Positions 19,426 through 29,791 of a stretch of 64,000 nt of DNA are shown piece by piece. The stretch lies in contig JBBQUR010000019.1 of the NCBI GenBank assembly GCA_038212275.1, positions 1 to 64,000 of the forward strand, written 5' to 3'. Source of the DNA: Planctomycetota bacterium. GTDB lineage: Bacteria; Planctomycetota; B15-G4. The translations under genes and the position numbers were made by a program. Every line of letters begins with the position of its first letter. Positions within the stretch are counted from its first letter, which is position 1. The notes below the pieces were generated by a model. That model saw only the letters and a program-made list of their open reading frames with translations, did no database searches and had not been told where the DNA came from.

Positions 19426-20646
19426 ATGCCCACTCCCGAAAAGGAAGCACCCGACCTGTCGCGACTGCGCATCGAGCGCGGCGCAGGACCCGGACGCGGC
19501 GGTGGCGGCAGCGGCTCGCGCAGCACGCTGCTCGTCGTCGTCATCCTGCTGCTGCTGGCGGTCATCGGGTGGTTGGCCTGGCCGCGGCTCGTGGCGCTGC
19601 GCGACAGCCGGCCCGTGGTGTCGGTCGGCCGCGTGCAGAAGACGGGAGGCGCCAGGGCCGTGTCGGGCACGGCGGCCAACGGCTACGTCGTCGCGCGGCG
19701 CAAGGCCGAACTGTCCACGGACATCCAGGGCCGGCTGGTGGAACTGCGCGTGGAGGAGGGCAGTCGCGTGAAGGCCGGCGACCTCGTCGCGCGCCTCGAC
19801 ACGCGCGAGCTGGAGGCGGCGCTGGCGCGCAGCCGCGCTGACCTCGCCACGACGCGCGCGACGCTCGAGCTGGCCCGGCTGGATCTCGGGCGCAAGGACC
19901 CGCTCCTCGAGGCCGGCGACGTGAGCCAGGCCGACGTGGACGCTGCGCGCACGCGGCGCGACGAGGCCGAGGCCAGCATGGCTGCGCTGGAGGCCGCCGT
20001 GGCCGAGATCGAGGTGCGCCTCAGCAAGTCGTCGGTGTTCGCGCCGTTCGACGGCGTGGTCACGGACAAGAACGCCGAGGTGGGAGAGATCGTGTCGTCC
20101 CTCGGCGCGGGCGCCAACAGCCGCGGCTCCGTCGCGACGCTGGTGGACTTCGACACGCTCGAGGTGCAGGTGGAGCTGGCGCAGACCTCGCTGAAGGCGG
20201 CGAAGCAGGGCGCGCCAGTGGTCATCTACCTGGACGCGTATCCGGACCGCGCCTACAAAGGTCGCGTGCGCCAGATCTGGCCCACGGCCGACAGGCAGAA
20301 GGCCACCGTCGAGCTGCGCGCGGAATTCCTCGAACGCGACGAGCGCATCCTGCCCGAGATGGGCGTGCGCGTGATCTTCACCGCGGAGGACGTGGGCGCG
20401 CCGGACGAGGTGCAGGTGCGCATGCCTGGCGCTGCGCTGACGCCGAGCCCCACCGGAGAGCTGGCGGTCTTCGTCGTGACGGGCGGCAAGGTCGTGCGCC
20501 GTGCGATCACGGTGGAGGGGCCGCTCGGAGGCGAGACCGTCGTCGTCACTTCGGGACTGCAGGGCGGCGAGACCGTCGTGCTCGACCCGCCGGCGGCGCT
20601 GCGCGACGGTACCGAAGTGCGGCTCGCGGAACCCGAAAAGTCATGA
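19426..20646 (+). CDS. Membrane fusion (periplasmic adaptor) protein of an ABC exporter
   Basis: N-terminal TM; ANGYVVARR, VEEGSRVKAGD, APFDGVV, PTADRQKATV. Confidence 0.9.
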   Translation: MPTPEKEAPDLSRLRIERGAGPGRGGGGSGSRSTLLVVVILLLLAVIGWLAWPRLVALRDSRPVVSVGRVQKTGGARAVSGTAANGYVVARRKAELSTDIQGRLVELRVEEGSRVKAGDLVARLDTRELEAALARSRADLATTRATLELARLDLGRKDPLLEAGDVSQADVDAARTRRDEAEASMAALEAAVAEIEVRLSKSSVFAPFDGVVTDKNAEVGEIVSSLGAGANSRGSVATLVDFDTLEVQVELAQTSLKAAKQGAPVVIYLDAYPDRAYKGRVRQIWPTADRQKATVELRAEFLERDERILPEMGVRVIFTAEDVGAPDEVQVRMPGAALTPSPTGELAVFVVTGGKVVRRAITVEGPLGGETVVVTSGLQGGETVVLDPPAALRDGTEVRLAEPEKS

Positions 20647-21377
20647 CGCAAGGAGCTTCAGGCATGTCGATCATCCAGATGCAGGGCGTGACCAAGCGCT
20701 ACACGCGCGGCGGGGAGACGCTGACCGTGCTGGACAACCTCAGCCTCGACGTGCCTGCGGGCGACTTCGTCGCGCTCATGGGGCCGTCGGGTTCGGGCAA
20801 GTCCACCATCCTCAACCTGGTCGGCGGGCTCGACTCCGTGGACAGCGGGAGCATCGTGGTCGCGAAGCAGGAGATCACGTCCATGGCGTCGTCGGAGCTG
20901 CCCGATTTCCGCGCGCGGCACATCGGCTTCATCTTTCAATCGTTCAATCTCGTGCCCGTGCTCACGGCCTGGGAGAACGTCATGCTGCCGCTGCTGCTCA
21001 CGCCGCTCGACCGCGCCGCGCGGAAGAAGCAGGCTGAATTCGCGCTGGAGGTCGTAGGGCTTGCGGACCGCATGCACCACCGGCCGAAGCAGCTTTCCGG
21101 CGGGCAGGAGCAGCGCGTGGCCATCGCGCGCGCACTCGCGACGGATCCGGACATCATTCTCGCGGACGAGCCCACGGGCGACCTCGACCGCGACAGCGCC
21201 AACGCCATCATGGACCTGCTGCGCCGCCTCAACGTGGAGCTGAAGAAGACCCTGGTCGTGGTGACGCACGACCACGTGGCGGCCGAGCGCGCGCGGCGCG
21301 TGCTGCACCTGGACAAGGGCGTGCTGGCGCGCGAGGTGCTCAACGACACCTCGCCCCTCGCCGGTGCGCGACGCTGA
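20643..21377 (+). CDS. ABC ATP-binding protein (MacB/LolD-like)
   Basis: GPSGSGKST, LSGGQEQR, ILADEPTG, VTHD. Confidence 0.95.
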   Translation: MTQGASGMSIIQMQGVTKRYTRGGETLTVLDNLSLDVPAGDFVALMGPSGSGKSTILNLVGGLDSVDSGSIVVAKQEITSMASSELPDFRARHIGFIFQSFNLVPVLTAWENVMLPLLLTPLDRAARKKQAEFALEVVGLADRMHHRPKQLSGGQEQRVAIARALATDPDIILADEPTGDLDRDSANAIMDLLRRLNVELKKTLVVVTHDHVAAERARRVLHLDKGVLAREVLNDTSPLAGARR

Positions 21378-22633
21378 TGGCCACGCCCTGGCTGCTCGTC
21401 GCCCGGCACCTGCGCGCGCACTGGCTGCGCAGCGGGCTCACCATGCTCGCGCTCACGGTCGCGATGTTCCTGTTCTGCTTCCTCATCTCGCTCGTCACCT
21501 CGCTCAGCTCGGCGGTGACGGCGGCGGCGACGGATCGCGTCATCGTGCAGTCCGCGGTCTCGCTCTTCGTGGCGCTGCCCAAGGACTACCAGCCCAAGAT
21601 CGAGGCCATTCCCGGCGTGGAGCAGGTCACCAAATTCCAGTGGTTCGGCGGCTACTACCAGAAGCCCGAGAACTTCATGGGCCAGTTCGGCGTGGACCAC
21701 GAGGTCTTCCTCGACATGTACCGCAACGAGATCGGGATCACCGAGGCGCTGGCACTCGACGGCGCCACCGCGAGCGGCGACGACGTGAACCTGACCCCGG
21801 TGGTGCGCGGAGCGGGTGCCGGCGCGGCCGCCGTGGCCGCGATGGCGGCCGACCGGCGCGCGGCGATCGTCGGCGAGGGACTTGCGCGGGACTTCAAGTG
21901 GAAGGTCGGCGACACGCTGCCGATCACCGGCACGATCTTCGCCAAGCGCGACGGCAGCGCGTGGGACTTCAACGTGGTGGGCATCTACCGCCCGCTCAAG
22001 TCGAGCATGGACGACCGGACCATGTTCTTCCGCTACGACTATCTCGACGAGACGCTGGCTGCCGACGGCGCCACGGGGCCCAAGGGCGTGGGCGTCTACT
22101 GCGTGAACGTCGCGCCGGGGCACGACCCGGAGGCCGTCATCGCCGGCATCGACGCCCTGTTCAGCAACGGCCCGCAGGCCACGCTCACGACGACCGAGGC
22201 CGCCTTCCAGGCGGGCTTCGTCTCGATGATGGGCAACCTGCCCTTCTTCGTCGGCACGATCGGCGGCGCGGTGGTGTTCGCGGTCGTGTTCAGCGTGATC
22301 AACACGATGCTCATGTCCGGCCGCCAGCGCATGCACGAGACGGGCATCCTCAAGGCGCTGGGCTTCCGCAACGGCGCGCTCGCGCGGCTCATGCTCGGGG
22401 AGTCGCTGCTGCTCTCGCTGCTGGGCGGGGGGCTGGGCGTGCTGCTCGCGGTCGTGCTGGCCACGCCGCTGCGCTACCTGCTCGGCGCCTTCCTGCCCAA
22501 CTACTTCGTCGCGGCGAGCACGGTGTGGCTCGCGCTGGGCGTGACGCTCTTCATCGGCCTCGTCGCGGGCATCACGCCGGCCATCGTCGCCGCGCGCCTG
22601 CGCCCCACGGCCGCGCTGCGGAGCGAGGGCTGA
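21377..22633 (+). CDS. ABC permease (MacB/FtsX-like)
   Basis: TM + large periplasmic domain + C-terminal TMs; NTMLMS..RMHETGILKALGF. Confidence 0.9.
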   Translation: MATPWLLVARHLRAHWLRSGLTMLALTVAMFLFCFLISLVTSLSSAVTAAATDRVIVQSAVSLFVALPKDYQPKIEAIPGVEQVTKFQWFGGYYQKPENFMGQFGVDHEVFLDMYRNEIGITEALALDGATASGDDVNLTPVVRGAGAGAAAVAAMAADRRAAIVGEGLARDFKWKVGDTLPITGTIFAKRDGSAWDFNVVGIYRPLKSSMDDRTMFFRYDYLDETLAADGATGPKGVGVYCVNVAPGHDPEAVIAGIDALFSNGPQATLTTTEAAFQAGFVSMMGNLPFFVGTIGGAVVFAVVFSVINTMLMSGRQRMHETGILKALGFRNGALARLMLGESLLLSLLGGGLGVLLAVVLATPLRYLLGAFLPNYFVAASTVWLALGVTLFIGLVAGITPAIVAARLRPTAALRSEG

Positions 22634-23799
22634 TGGCGCTTCCGCTCGCGTACACCGTGCGCAACATCGCGGTGCGGCGCGCGTCGGCGCTGTTCACGGC
22701 GCTCGGCATCGCGATGACCGTCGCCGTCTTCGCCGGCGTGCTCTCGCTGCGCGCCGGCTTCGAAAACGTCTACATGCCGCGGGGCAATCAGGACGTGGCC
22801 ATCTACCTGCGCCCGGGCGCCACGTCGGAAGGGGAGTCGGGCATCCAGCGCGAGCAGGCGGACATCCTCGTCAAGGAGCGGCCCGAGATCCTGCGCGACG
22901 ACGAGGGCCGCCCGCTCGCCGCCGCCGAGACCTTTCTTGCGGTCTTCCTCGACAAGCTCGACGGTGGCAAGACCAACGTGCCCCTGCGCGGCGTGCAGCC
23001 GATGTCCATCCCGCTGCGCGGTGATCAGCTCCACATCACGAGCGGACGCTGGATGGAGTTCGGCAGCGACGAGGTCGTCGTGGGCCAGCGCCTTGCGGCC
23101 CGCATGCAGCACTGCCAGGTGGGCGAGACGCTGGTGCTCAATCTCACGCCCTTCCTCGTGGTGGGCCTGATGGACAGCCCGACCGCCGAGAGCGGCGAGA
23201 TCTGGGGCGACGTCGAGCGCATGATGGAGGCGCTGGAGCGGCCCGTCTTCCAGCGCGTCATCGCGAGGGTCCGTCCCGACACGGACTTCGCGGCGCTGGC
23301 CGAGGAGATGAAGCACGATGCGCGCGTGCCGGTGGCGGTGTCCTCCGAGCGCGCATACCTCGGCAAGCAGACCACCGCCACGGGCGGGATGCTGCAGTTC
23401 CTCGCACTTTTCCTGACCGCGGTCATGGGCGTGGCCGCCGTGCTCGGCTCCATGAACACGATGCTCGCGTCCGTCGCGGCGCGCACGCACGAGGTCGGCG
23501 TGCTGCTGGCCATCGGCTACAGCCGCGCGTCGGTCTTCACGGCCTTCCTCATCGAGTCCGCGCTCATCGGCTTGCTCGGCGGCGCGCTGGGGTTGCTCAT
23601 CGCGCTGCCCTTCGACGGCCTGCAGACGGGTCTCACCAACTTCAACACCTTCACGGACGTGTCCTTCGCGTTCACGCTCACGCCGGCGCTCGCGCTGCAG
23701 TCCTTCGTGCTGGCCTTCGGACTCGGCCTCCTCGGCGGCGCGCTGCCCGCCTTCCGAGCCTCGCGACTGCGGCCCGTCGAAGCTCTCCGCGAGCTGTGA
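22633..23799 (+). CDS. Second ABC permease (MacB/FtsX-like)
   Basis: TGATG overlap; MALPLAYTVRN, MNTMLASVAARTHEVGVLLAIGY. Confidence 0.9.
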   Translation: MALPLAYTVRNIAVRRASALFTALGIAMTVAVFAGVLSLRAGFENVYMPRGNQDVAIYLRPGATSEGESGIQREQADILVKERPEILRDDEGRPLAAAETFLAVFLDKLDGGKTNVPLRGVQPMSIPLRGDQLHITSGRWMEFGSDEVVVGQRLAARMQHCQVGETLVLNLTPFLVVGLMDSPTAESGEIWGDVERMMEALERPVFQRVIARVRPDTDFAALAEEMKHDARVPVAVSSERAYLGKQTTATGGMLQFLALFLTAVMGVAAVLGSMNTMLASVAARTHEVGVLLAIGYSRASVFTAFLIESALIGLLGGALGLLIALPFDGLQTGLTNFNTFTDVSFAFTLTPALALQSFVLAFGLGLLGGALPAFRASRLRPVEALREL

Positions 23800-26627
23800 G
23801 CTGGGGAGCGCCCATGCGGTTGCGACCCGGGCCGCCTCAGTGGATGCGCGCCGTGCTCGCGCCGCTCGTCCTGCTGGCCGCGGCGGACGGACTCCGCGCG
23901 CAGGTGCATGTGCAGGCGTCGGTGCAACTGCCTGCGGAGATCGTGCCGCGCGAGTGGCTCGTCATCGCGCCGCTGGACGTGGAGGGTCGGCGCCCGTTCC
24001 GCGCGGACGCCGTCTTCGCCGCGCACCTGCTCGACCGGGCCAGTCCGCCACCTGTGGCTGGCGATGCGCTTTCGGGTGAGCTCGGCGTCGAGCAGCGCTG
24101 GGTGGCCGGCAGCGCGGCGGAGGACGGCACGCTGCCCGGTCTCGACGGCGGGCGCGTCGCCTGGGCCTTCACGACGATCGACACGCCCGCGGACGGCGTG
24201 ATGCTCGCGCAGCTCTCCGGCGCCAGCATGCTCTGGGTGAATGGCGAGCCCTTTCCCGGCGACGGCTACGGCCTGGGCTTCTCGCCCGTGCCCGTCGCCC
24301 TGCACGCCGGCCGCAACGCGCTCTTCGTGAGCGGCGTGCGCGGCGAGGCGCGCCTGCGCCTCACGCGGCCGGAGCACGCGCTCCTGCTCGGCACGGGCGA
24401 CATGACGAGGCCCGACATCCTCGTCGGCCTGCTGCCGCAGGAGCCGGTGGAGATGGGAGTGCTCGTGCTCAATGCCTCGCTGCAGGCCGTGCCGGCCCTG
24501 CAACTCGATGCGGGCCACGGCACGGATGCGCGCGGCGCGTTCGGCCTGCCGCCGCTCGGCGTGCTCAAGCTGCCTGTCACTGTGCTTGAAGCCGGCCAGC
24601 GCCTGCCTGACTCGGCGTTGCCTCACATGCGGGACCCGAGCCCCCCGGGAAGCCGGATGCCGACGGGGCCGCTGCCGTTGCAACTCGGCGGCCACCCGGA
24701 CGAGCCCGCACGAAGCGAGAGCTTCGCGCTGGACGTCTGCGTGCCGGGCGAGGTCACGCGCCACACCTATCGCTCGGCGGTGGACGACTCCGTGCAGGAA
24801 TACGCCGTGCGCTGGCCGGCGCTGCCGGCGTGGTCCTTCGACGGGCAGGGCGGCCTCGTCGTGCCGGAGCCGAAGTCGCTGCTGCTCACGCTGCACGGCG
24901 CCGGCGTCATGCCCGCGGGCCAGGCAGGCAGCTATTCGGCCAGGCCGGACTTCTGGATCGTCGCGCCCAGCAACCGGCGAGCCTTCGGCTTCGACTGGCA
25001 GGACTGGGGCCGGCGCGATGCCTGCGACGTGCTGCAGCGCGCGCTGTCGCTGCCCGGCGTCGACGAGGTGCGCGTCTTTCTCGCGGGACATTCGATGGGC
25101 GGCCACGGCACCTGGCACCTGGCGGCGAACGACCCGGACCGCTTTCTCGCCATCGCGCCGAGCGCGGGCTGGGCCAGCTTCGACACCTACGGCGGCAGGC
25201 CCGCCGGCGCGCTCGCGGAGCTCTGGCACGGCGCGGACGGCGCGTCGCTGACGCCGTCGCTCATCGAGAACCTCGTGCAGCTTCCCGCGTACATCGTGCA
25301 CGGCACGGCCGATGACAACGTGCCGGCGAGCGAGGCCCGCGCGATGGAAGCCGCGCTCATCGAGGCCGGCCGGGCCCCGCTCACGCACTACGAGGAAGGC
25401 GCCGGCCACTGGTGGGATGGCCCGGCCGCGCCCGGCGCCGACTGCGTGGACTGGCCCGGCATCTTCGAGCTCTTTCGCGCGACGCCGACGCCCGAGGATG
25501 CCGCGGCCGCAGCGGCTGTCGTCACCGGCTCTGCCGGCGCGGCGGGCGTCACCGAGACCACGGGTTCCACGGGCGCGACGGGTTCAGGCGGCGATGTCGA
25601 CTGGCACTGGATCTCCGTGGACCCGGGCGTGGATGCCGTGCATCACGGGCTGGTCGCGCTGCAGCCGCTGCAGTACGGCGTGCCGATGCGCCTAGCGCTG
25701 CGCTGGAGCCGCGCCCTCGACACCTGCGAGGTGCGCACGAGCAACGTGCGGCGCTTCGGCGTGCGCCGCTGGCCCGGCGCGACGCCGCCCGCCACGCTGC
25801 TGCTCGACGGCCTCGTCGTACCGGATGGCGGCTGGTCGGAGCCCGGCGCGACGCAGGCCAGCTTCGTGCGCGCGGACGAGGCCCTTGCCGATCGCGGCGC
25901 CGGACGCGGCGGCGTGCACGACGTCGCACTCGTGGACGCCGGCGCGTGGAGCGAAACGACGTGCCCCGCCGGCGCGCTCGATGGCCCGCGCCTCTCGTGG
26001 CCTGAAGCCGAGAAGAGTCCGGCATCATGCGGCCCGTTCAAGCGCGCCTTCGACCGCGGCTTCGTGCTCGTTTACGGCACGTCCGGTGATGCGGCGGAGA
26101 ATGCCGAGCTTCTGGCACGCGCGCGCAGCGACGCGACGGCCTGGTGGTATCGCGGCAACGGCTGCGCGCCGCTGCTGTCGGACCGGCAATTCCTTTCGCC
26201 GGCTGGGCGGGCCGCGTGCGCGGGCCGCAACCTGATCGTCTACGGCAACGCCGACAGCAACGCGGCGTGGCCCGTGGTCGTGCCGGCGAACTGCCCGCTG
26301 CAGGCACGCCGCGGCGCGCTCGCGCTCGGCGAGCGTCGCTGGGAGGGCGCGGACCTCGGCGCCGTGTGCGTCTTTCCACGTGCCGATCGGGCCGAGTCGG
26401 GCGACGGAGCGGCGCTGGCCGGACCGCCGCTCGTCGGTCTGTTCGCGGACAGCGGCGCGCGCGGCACGCGTCTCGGCATCATGCTCGCGCCGTTCGTCTC
26501 GGGCGTCGGCTACCCGGATTACGCGGTCTTCGGACCCGACGTGCTGCGCGCAGGCGATGCCGGCGTGATGGCGGCAGGCTGGTTCGATGCGCTCTGGCGG
26601 TCCGCGGCTTCCGTCGCGGAGCGCTGA
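23796..26627 (+). CDS. Secreted multidomain alpha/beta hydrolase (prolyl oligopeptidase/esterase-like)
   Basis: Signal peptide; LHGAG, GHSMGGHG nucleophile elbow, HGTADDNV, GHWWD (Ser-Asp-His). Confidence 0.8.
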   Translation: MSWGAPMRLRPGPPQWMRAVLAPLVLLAAADGLRAQVHVQASVQLPAEIVPREWLVIAPLDVEGRRPFRADAVFAAHLLDRASPPPVAGDALSGELGVEQRWVAGSAAEDGTLPGLDGGRVAWAFTTIDTPADGVMLAQLSGASMLWVNGEPFPGDGYGLGFSPVPVALHAGRNALFVSGVRGEARLRLTRPEHALLLGTGDMTRPDILVGLLPQEPVEMGVLVLNASLQAVPALQLDAGHGTDARGAFGLPPLGVLKLPVTVLEAGQRLPDSALPHMRDPSPPGSRMPTGPLPLQLGGHPDEPARSESFALDVCVPGEVTRHTYRSAVDDSVQEYAVRWPALPAWSFDGQGGLVVPEPKSLLLTLHGAGVMPAGQAGSYSARPDFWIVAPSNRRAFGFDWQDWGRRDACDVLQRALSLPGVDEVRVFLAGHSMGGHGTWHLAANDPDRFLAIAPSAGWASFDTYGGRPAGALAELWHGADGASLTPSLIENLVQLPAYIVHGTADDNVPASEARAMEAALIEAGRAPLTHYEEGAGHWWDGPAAPGADCVDWPGIFELFRATPTPEDAAAAAAVVTGSAGAAGVTETTGSTGATGSGGDVDWHWISVDPGVDAVHHGLVALQPLQYGVPMRLALRWSRALDTCEVRTSNVRRFGVRRWPGATPPATLLLDGLVVPDGGWSEPGATQASFVRADEALADRGAGRGGVHDVALVDAGAWSETTCPAGALDGPRLSWPEAEKSPASCGPFKRAFDRGFVLVYGTSGDAAENAELLARARSDATAWWYRGNGCAPLLSDRQFLSPAGRAACAGRNLIVYGNADSNAAWPVVVPANCPLQARRGALALGERRWEGADLGAVCVFPRADRAESGDGAALAGPPLVGLFADSGARGTRLGIMLAPFVSGVGYPDYAVFGPDVLRAGDAGVMAAGWFDALWRSAASVAER

Positions 26628-27322
26628 GATCCCGCGGCGCGCGCCAGCCTCAGACCCGGAATCCCGAGCATCAGGGCCACGACGAGCAGCGCGGCCAGCA
26701 TGCTGGCCGCGAGCCTGTACTGCAGTGACCGCTGCGCCTCGATGCCCGCTTCGTGCTCCTGCAGCAGCTGACTCACCAGCGCATCCATCCCGCGGAGCAA
26801 GGCCATGGCGCGCGCCTGCACCGTGCCGGCGAGCGCAAGTTCGGATGCCACCTCGGTGGTCTGCTGCGAGGCGAGCTGCCGCGCTCCCGCCGCCAGCTCG
26901 GTAAGGTGGTACTTCAGGAGCATCGGCGGCTCGTTGTAGAGCGCCATCACGGCCGCGCTCAGCGGCCGGTCGGACAATGGCGATTCCTCCACGCGCTGTG
27001 CGCCGGGGCGCGTGGACTTCCAGGCACGGCCGGGCTGCATGTGCTGCTCGAGGATGTCGATCAGCTGGTCCGCGCTCGCGCGCAATTCCCAGCGCAGGTC
27101 GAGGCGCACGAACTCGTCATCGGCCGCCGCGTACTGGTGGGCGAGGAGCGCCAGGCGCTGGCTGAGCATCTGTTGCCTGGTCACCGCCACCAGCAGGGCC
27201 GAGTCGTTGCTGTCGTTCAGACTCCGGAGGGACAGCCAGCACGACGCGCCCGCCATCGCTGCCAGCACCACGAGTGCGCCGATCCAGGACACGGCGAGGT
27301 TGTGCACGTCGCGAGCAATCAC
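26519..27322 (-). CDS. Two-TM protein with a PilJ/NarX-like periplasmic sensor domain and no output domain
   Basis: TM-VAVTRQQMLSQRL-helical domain-TM; resembles the INxAGRQRMLSQR motif; 3' end overlaps the convergent gene. Confidence 0.55.
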   Translation of the reverse strand: MIARDVHNLAVSWIGALVVLAAMAGASCWLSLRSLNDSNDSALLVAVTRQQMLSQRLALLAHQYAAADDEFVRLDLRWELRASADQLIDILEQHMQPGRAWKSTRPGAQRVEESPLSDRPLSAAVMALYNEPPMLLKYHLTELAAGARQLASQQTTEVASELALAGTVQARAMALLRGMDALVSQLLQEHEAGIEAQRSLQYRLAASMLAALLVVALMLGIPGLRLARAAGSQRSATEAADRQSASNQPAAITPASPARSTSGPKTA

Positions 27323-27474
27323 GGTGGGACCTCGGAGCGAAGCATGCCAGCATAGCGGTGTCCCAAACTGGCCGCTATGCGATGCGTCCCATACGACAAG
27401 CTTCACGCGGCGGCCCGACGTGCTGCGCACCGCGAGCATGGGGCGAGCCTCGCGCGCGGCCGCTCGTTTGGAAC

Positions 27475-29739
27475 TCAGCTGTTGCGGCGCGCGCCGAGCA
27501 GGCGACCCAGAGCATTCGCGACCTCATCATCGCGCGCGAAGACGCGTGTCTGGATGGGTGAGTCGTCGTCGGCTCGACCGATCCACAGGATCGCGTCGAG
27601 ATCGCTGCCCTGTTCCCTGAGGAAGGCGGAGAGGCGCTGGACGGCTTCGGGATCGGAAGGATCGGCCAGGCCGACCGCCGCGCGGGCTCCGGCCAGCAGC
27701 TCGACCTCGGCAGTGGCGCTTGCCAGCAGCTCCGGCTCGACGGCCGAGGCCCCGTCGCGGGCACAGCCGAGCAGCGCATAGCGCGCCATGCGCAGCCGCG
27801 CGCGCAACTGGCTGACGGCCTCGATGCGCTCGGGCGGCGCACTGGCGGGGAGGTCGTCGAGCACCAGCACGAGCCCGGCGGGAGGCAGCAAGGGCATGGG
27901 CGCAGCTTCCGTGTCCGTGTCGTGCCGCTGCAGGCTCACGGTCTCCAGCATGTCGATCGCGCCTTGCTGCAGCACCGCGGGGACGACCCCGTTGTCGGCG
28001 ACCTTGTCCGGGCCGGTTCCCGTGTGGGCCTGATCCGCGGGGGAGACGGTTTCCACGCTTCCGACGAGCGGCTCGTCGGCCTGGCGCGGCGCAGCGCGTT
28101 CGGCGCCACGGGAGTTCTCGCGGCGATCCGCCTGGGCGAAGTGAACGACGGCGAAGATCAGCGCGGTGGCGGCGAGGGCCTTGCGGCCCCACCGTTGTTC
28201 GCCATACGGCGGGTGCAGCGGACGCAGGCGTGGCTCCCGCCTGCCGGCGTCGCGCGACGCGGAGGAGGGCTCGTCGTCATGCCGGGGCCTTGCGTGCTGC
28301 GGGTGCTTGTCGGCGTTGGCGGGCGCGTCGGTCTCTCCGGAGGTGCCGGAGGTATCGGAAGGCTCCGGTGCGAGGGGTTGCGCCAGGGCTTGCGCCACGC
28401 GCGGCCTGCCCGTGAGCGACGGCAGATCCGCGGGGCGTACGCGGAAGGGGTCGTCCGCGCCGCTCACCGAGCGCAGGTCGTCCAGCATCTCGGTCGCGCT
28501 GGCGTAGCGGTGCTGCATGTCGGCCATCGCGCGGCGGATGATCCAGCGCAGCGCTTCGGGGCAGCGGCGCGTGATCCGCGACAGGCTGCCGTGCGCCGGA
28601 AAGCCGCCCTCGACCAGCGAGAAGAGCACGGCGCCCGCGCCGTAGAGGTCGAACTTGATGCCGTCCACCTCGTTCACCTTCACGCCCTTGAGCGCGAGGC
28701 GGACCATTTCCGGATCGCGGAAGTACTCCGTGCCGTGCGTGGTGAGCGTCATGGCCGACGCCAGCGGCGTGATGAGCCCGAAGTCCACGAGGTGCGCGCG
28801 GCCCTCCGACACGATGACATTGCCTGGCTTCACGTCCTTGTGCCACAGCCCGCCCTTGTGAAAGCGCTGGAGCGTGGAGAGCAGGTCGTCGGTGAGCGAC
28901 AGCGCGCGGCGCAGGCCGGTGTCGTCGAGGCCGGCGCTGCCGGCCGCCGCGTGCAGGCGCGCGGTCTCGGCGCTCAGGTCTTCGCCCGGCACGTAGGGCA
29001 TGACGTAATGGAAGCGCGTCGCCGTGAGTTCGTGCTCGAGCACGAGTCCGAGGTCGCGCGCCGCCGACAGGGCGCGATTCTCGCGCACGATCTGCGGCAG
29101 CGTCGAGCCGTCCGAAAGCGAGAAGGACTTGATCACCAGTCTGCCCGGCACGTCCACGCCGCGGGGCGCGCTGCGCTGCAACTGGCGGAATTTGTCGGAG
29201 TCGGGCTCCGCGAGATACAGCCGCGCCCCCGAGCCGCCACCCGGCAGCGAGCCTGTGATGCGATAGCCGGGGAAGCTGGCCGGACCGGACGATGGGCGAT
29301 CGGGCCCGGGCGCGCGCGCGATGATCTCCGGCACGCGCTTCTCGAGGCCCTCGGTCATCGCGTCGAGGCACAGCAGGCGCATGAGGTGGCCGATGATCAG
29401 CCGGTAGAAGCAGCCGCCGGCACGCGTGGCCTCGTCCCGCAGCGCGCGGCCGTAGTGCAGCGCGGCCGAGCGCCGCACGAAGAGCATGGAAAAGCCCAGC
29501 GCCGCGACGCAGGCGAGCGCCGCCAGCAGGCTGCCGACGAGGCGCAGCGCGTCGCGCAGCATGCCCGCGACGAACTCGAAGAGATGCCGGAAGCACCGGC
29601 CGATGCCGTGCCCGACACGGCCGATCAGCCAGAACACGCCGCCCAGCAGCTTGATGACGACGTAGCCGCCCACGACCACGAGGAGCATGACGAGCAGCAC
29701 CTCGACCGGCGATCCCCAGGCGGTGTGTATGTCCGGCAT
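27475..29739 (-). CDS. Membrane-bound Hanks-type Ser/Thr kinase (non-RD)
   Basis: GGGSG loop, VIK, HKDVKPGN, DFG, GTEYFRDPE, DLYGAG; hydrophobic N-terminus and a later TM. Confidence 0.88.
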   Translation of the reverse strand: MPDIHTAWGSPVEVLLVMLLVVVGGYVVIKLLGGVFWLIGRVGHGIGRCFRHLFEFVAGMLRDALRLVGSLLAALACVAALGFSMLFVRRSAALHYGRALRDEATRAGGCFYRLIIGHLMRLLCLDAMTEGLEKRVPEIIARAPGPDRPSSGPASFPGYRITGSLPGGGSGARLYLAEPDSDKFRQLQRSAPRGVDVPGRLVIKSFSLSDGSTLPQIVRENRALSAARDLGLVLEHELTATRFHYVMPYVPGEDLSAETARLHAAAGSAGLDDTGLRRALSLTDDLLSTLQRFHKGGLWHKDVKPGNVIVSEGRAHLVDFGLITPLASAMTLTTHGTEYFRDPEMVRLALKGVKVNEVDGIKFDLYGAGAVLFSLVEGGFPAHGSLSRITRRCPEALRWIIRRAMADMQHRYASATEMLDDLRSVSGADDPFRVRPADLPSLTGRPRVAQALAQPLAPEPSDTSGTSGETDAPANADKHPQHARPRHDDEPSSASRDAGRREPRLRPLHPPYGEQRWGRKALAATALIFAVVHFAQADRRENSRGAERAAPRQADEPLVGSVETVSPADQAHTGTGPDKVADNGVVPAVLQQGAIDMLETVSLQRHDTDTEAAPMPLLPPAGLVLVLDDLPASAPPERIEAVSQLRARLRMARYALLGCARDGASAVEPELLASATAEVELLAGARAAVGLADPSDPEAVQRLSAFLREQGSDLDAILWIGRADDDSPIQTRVFARDDEVANALGRLLGARRNS

Positions 29740-29791
29740 GGATTCCTCTCACTCGTCGCCGGCCGGCTCCGCCTTGCGGCTGCCGGCCCGG

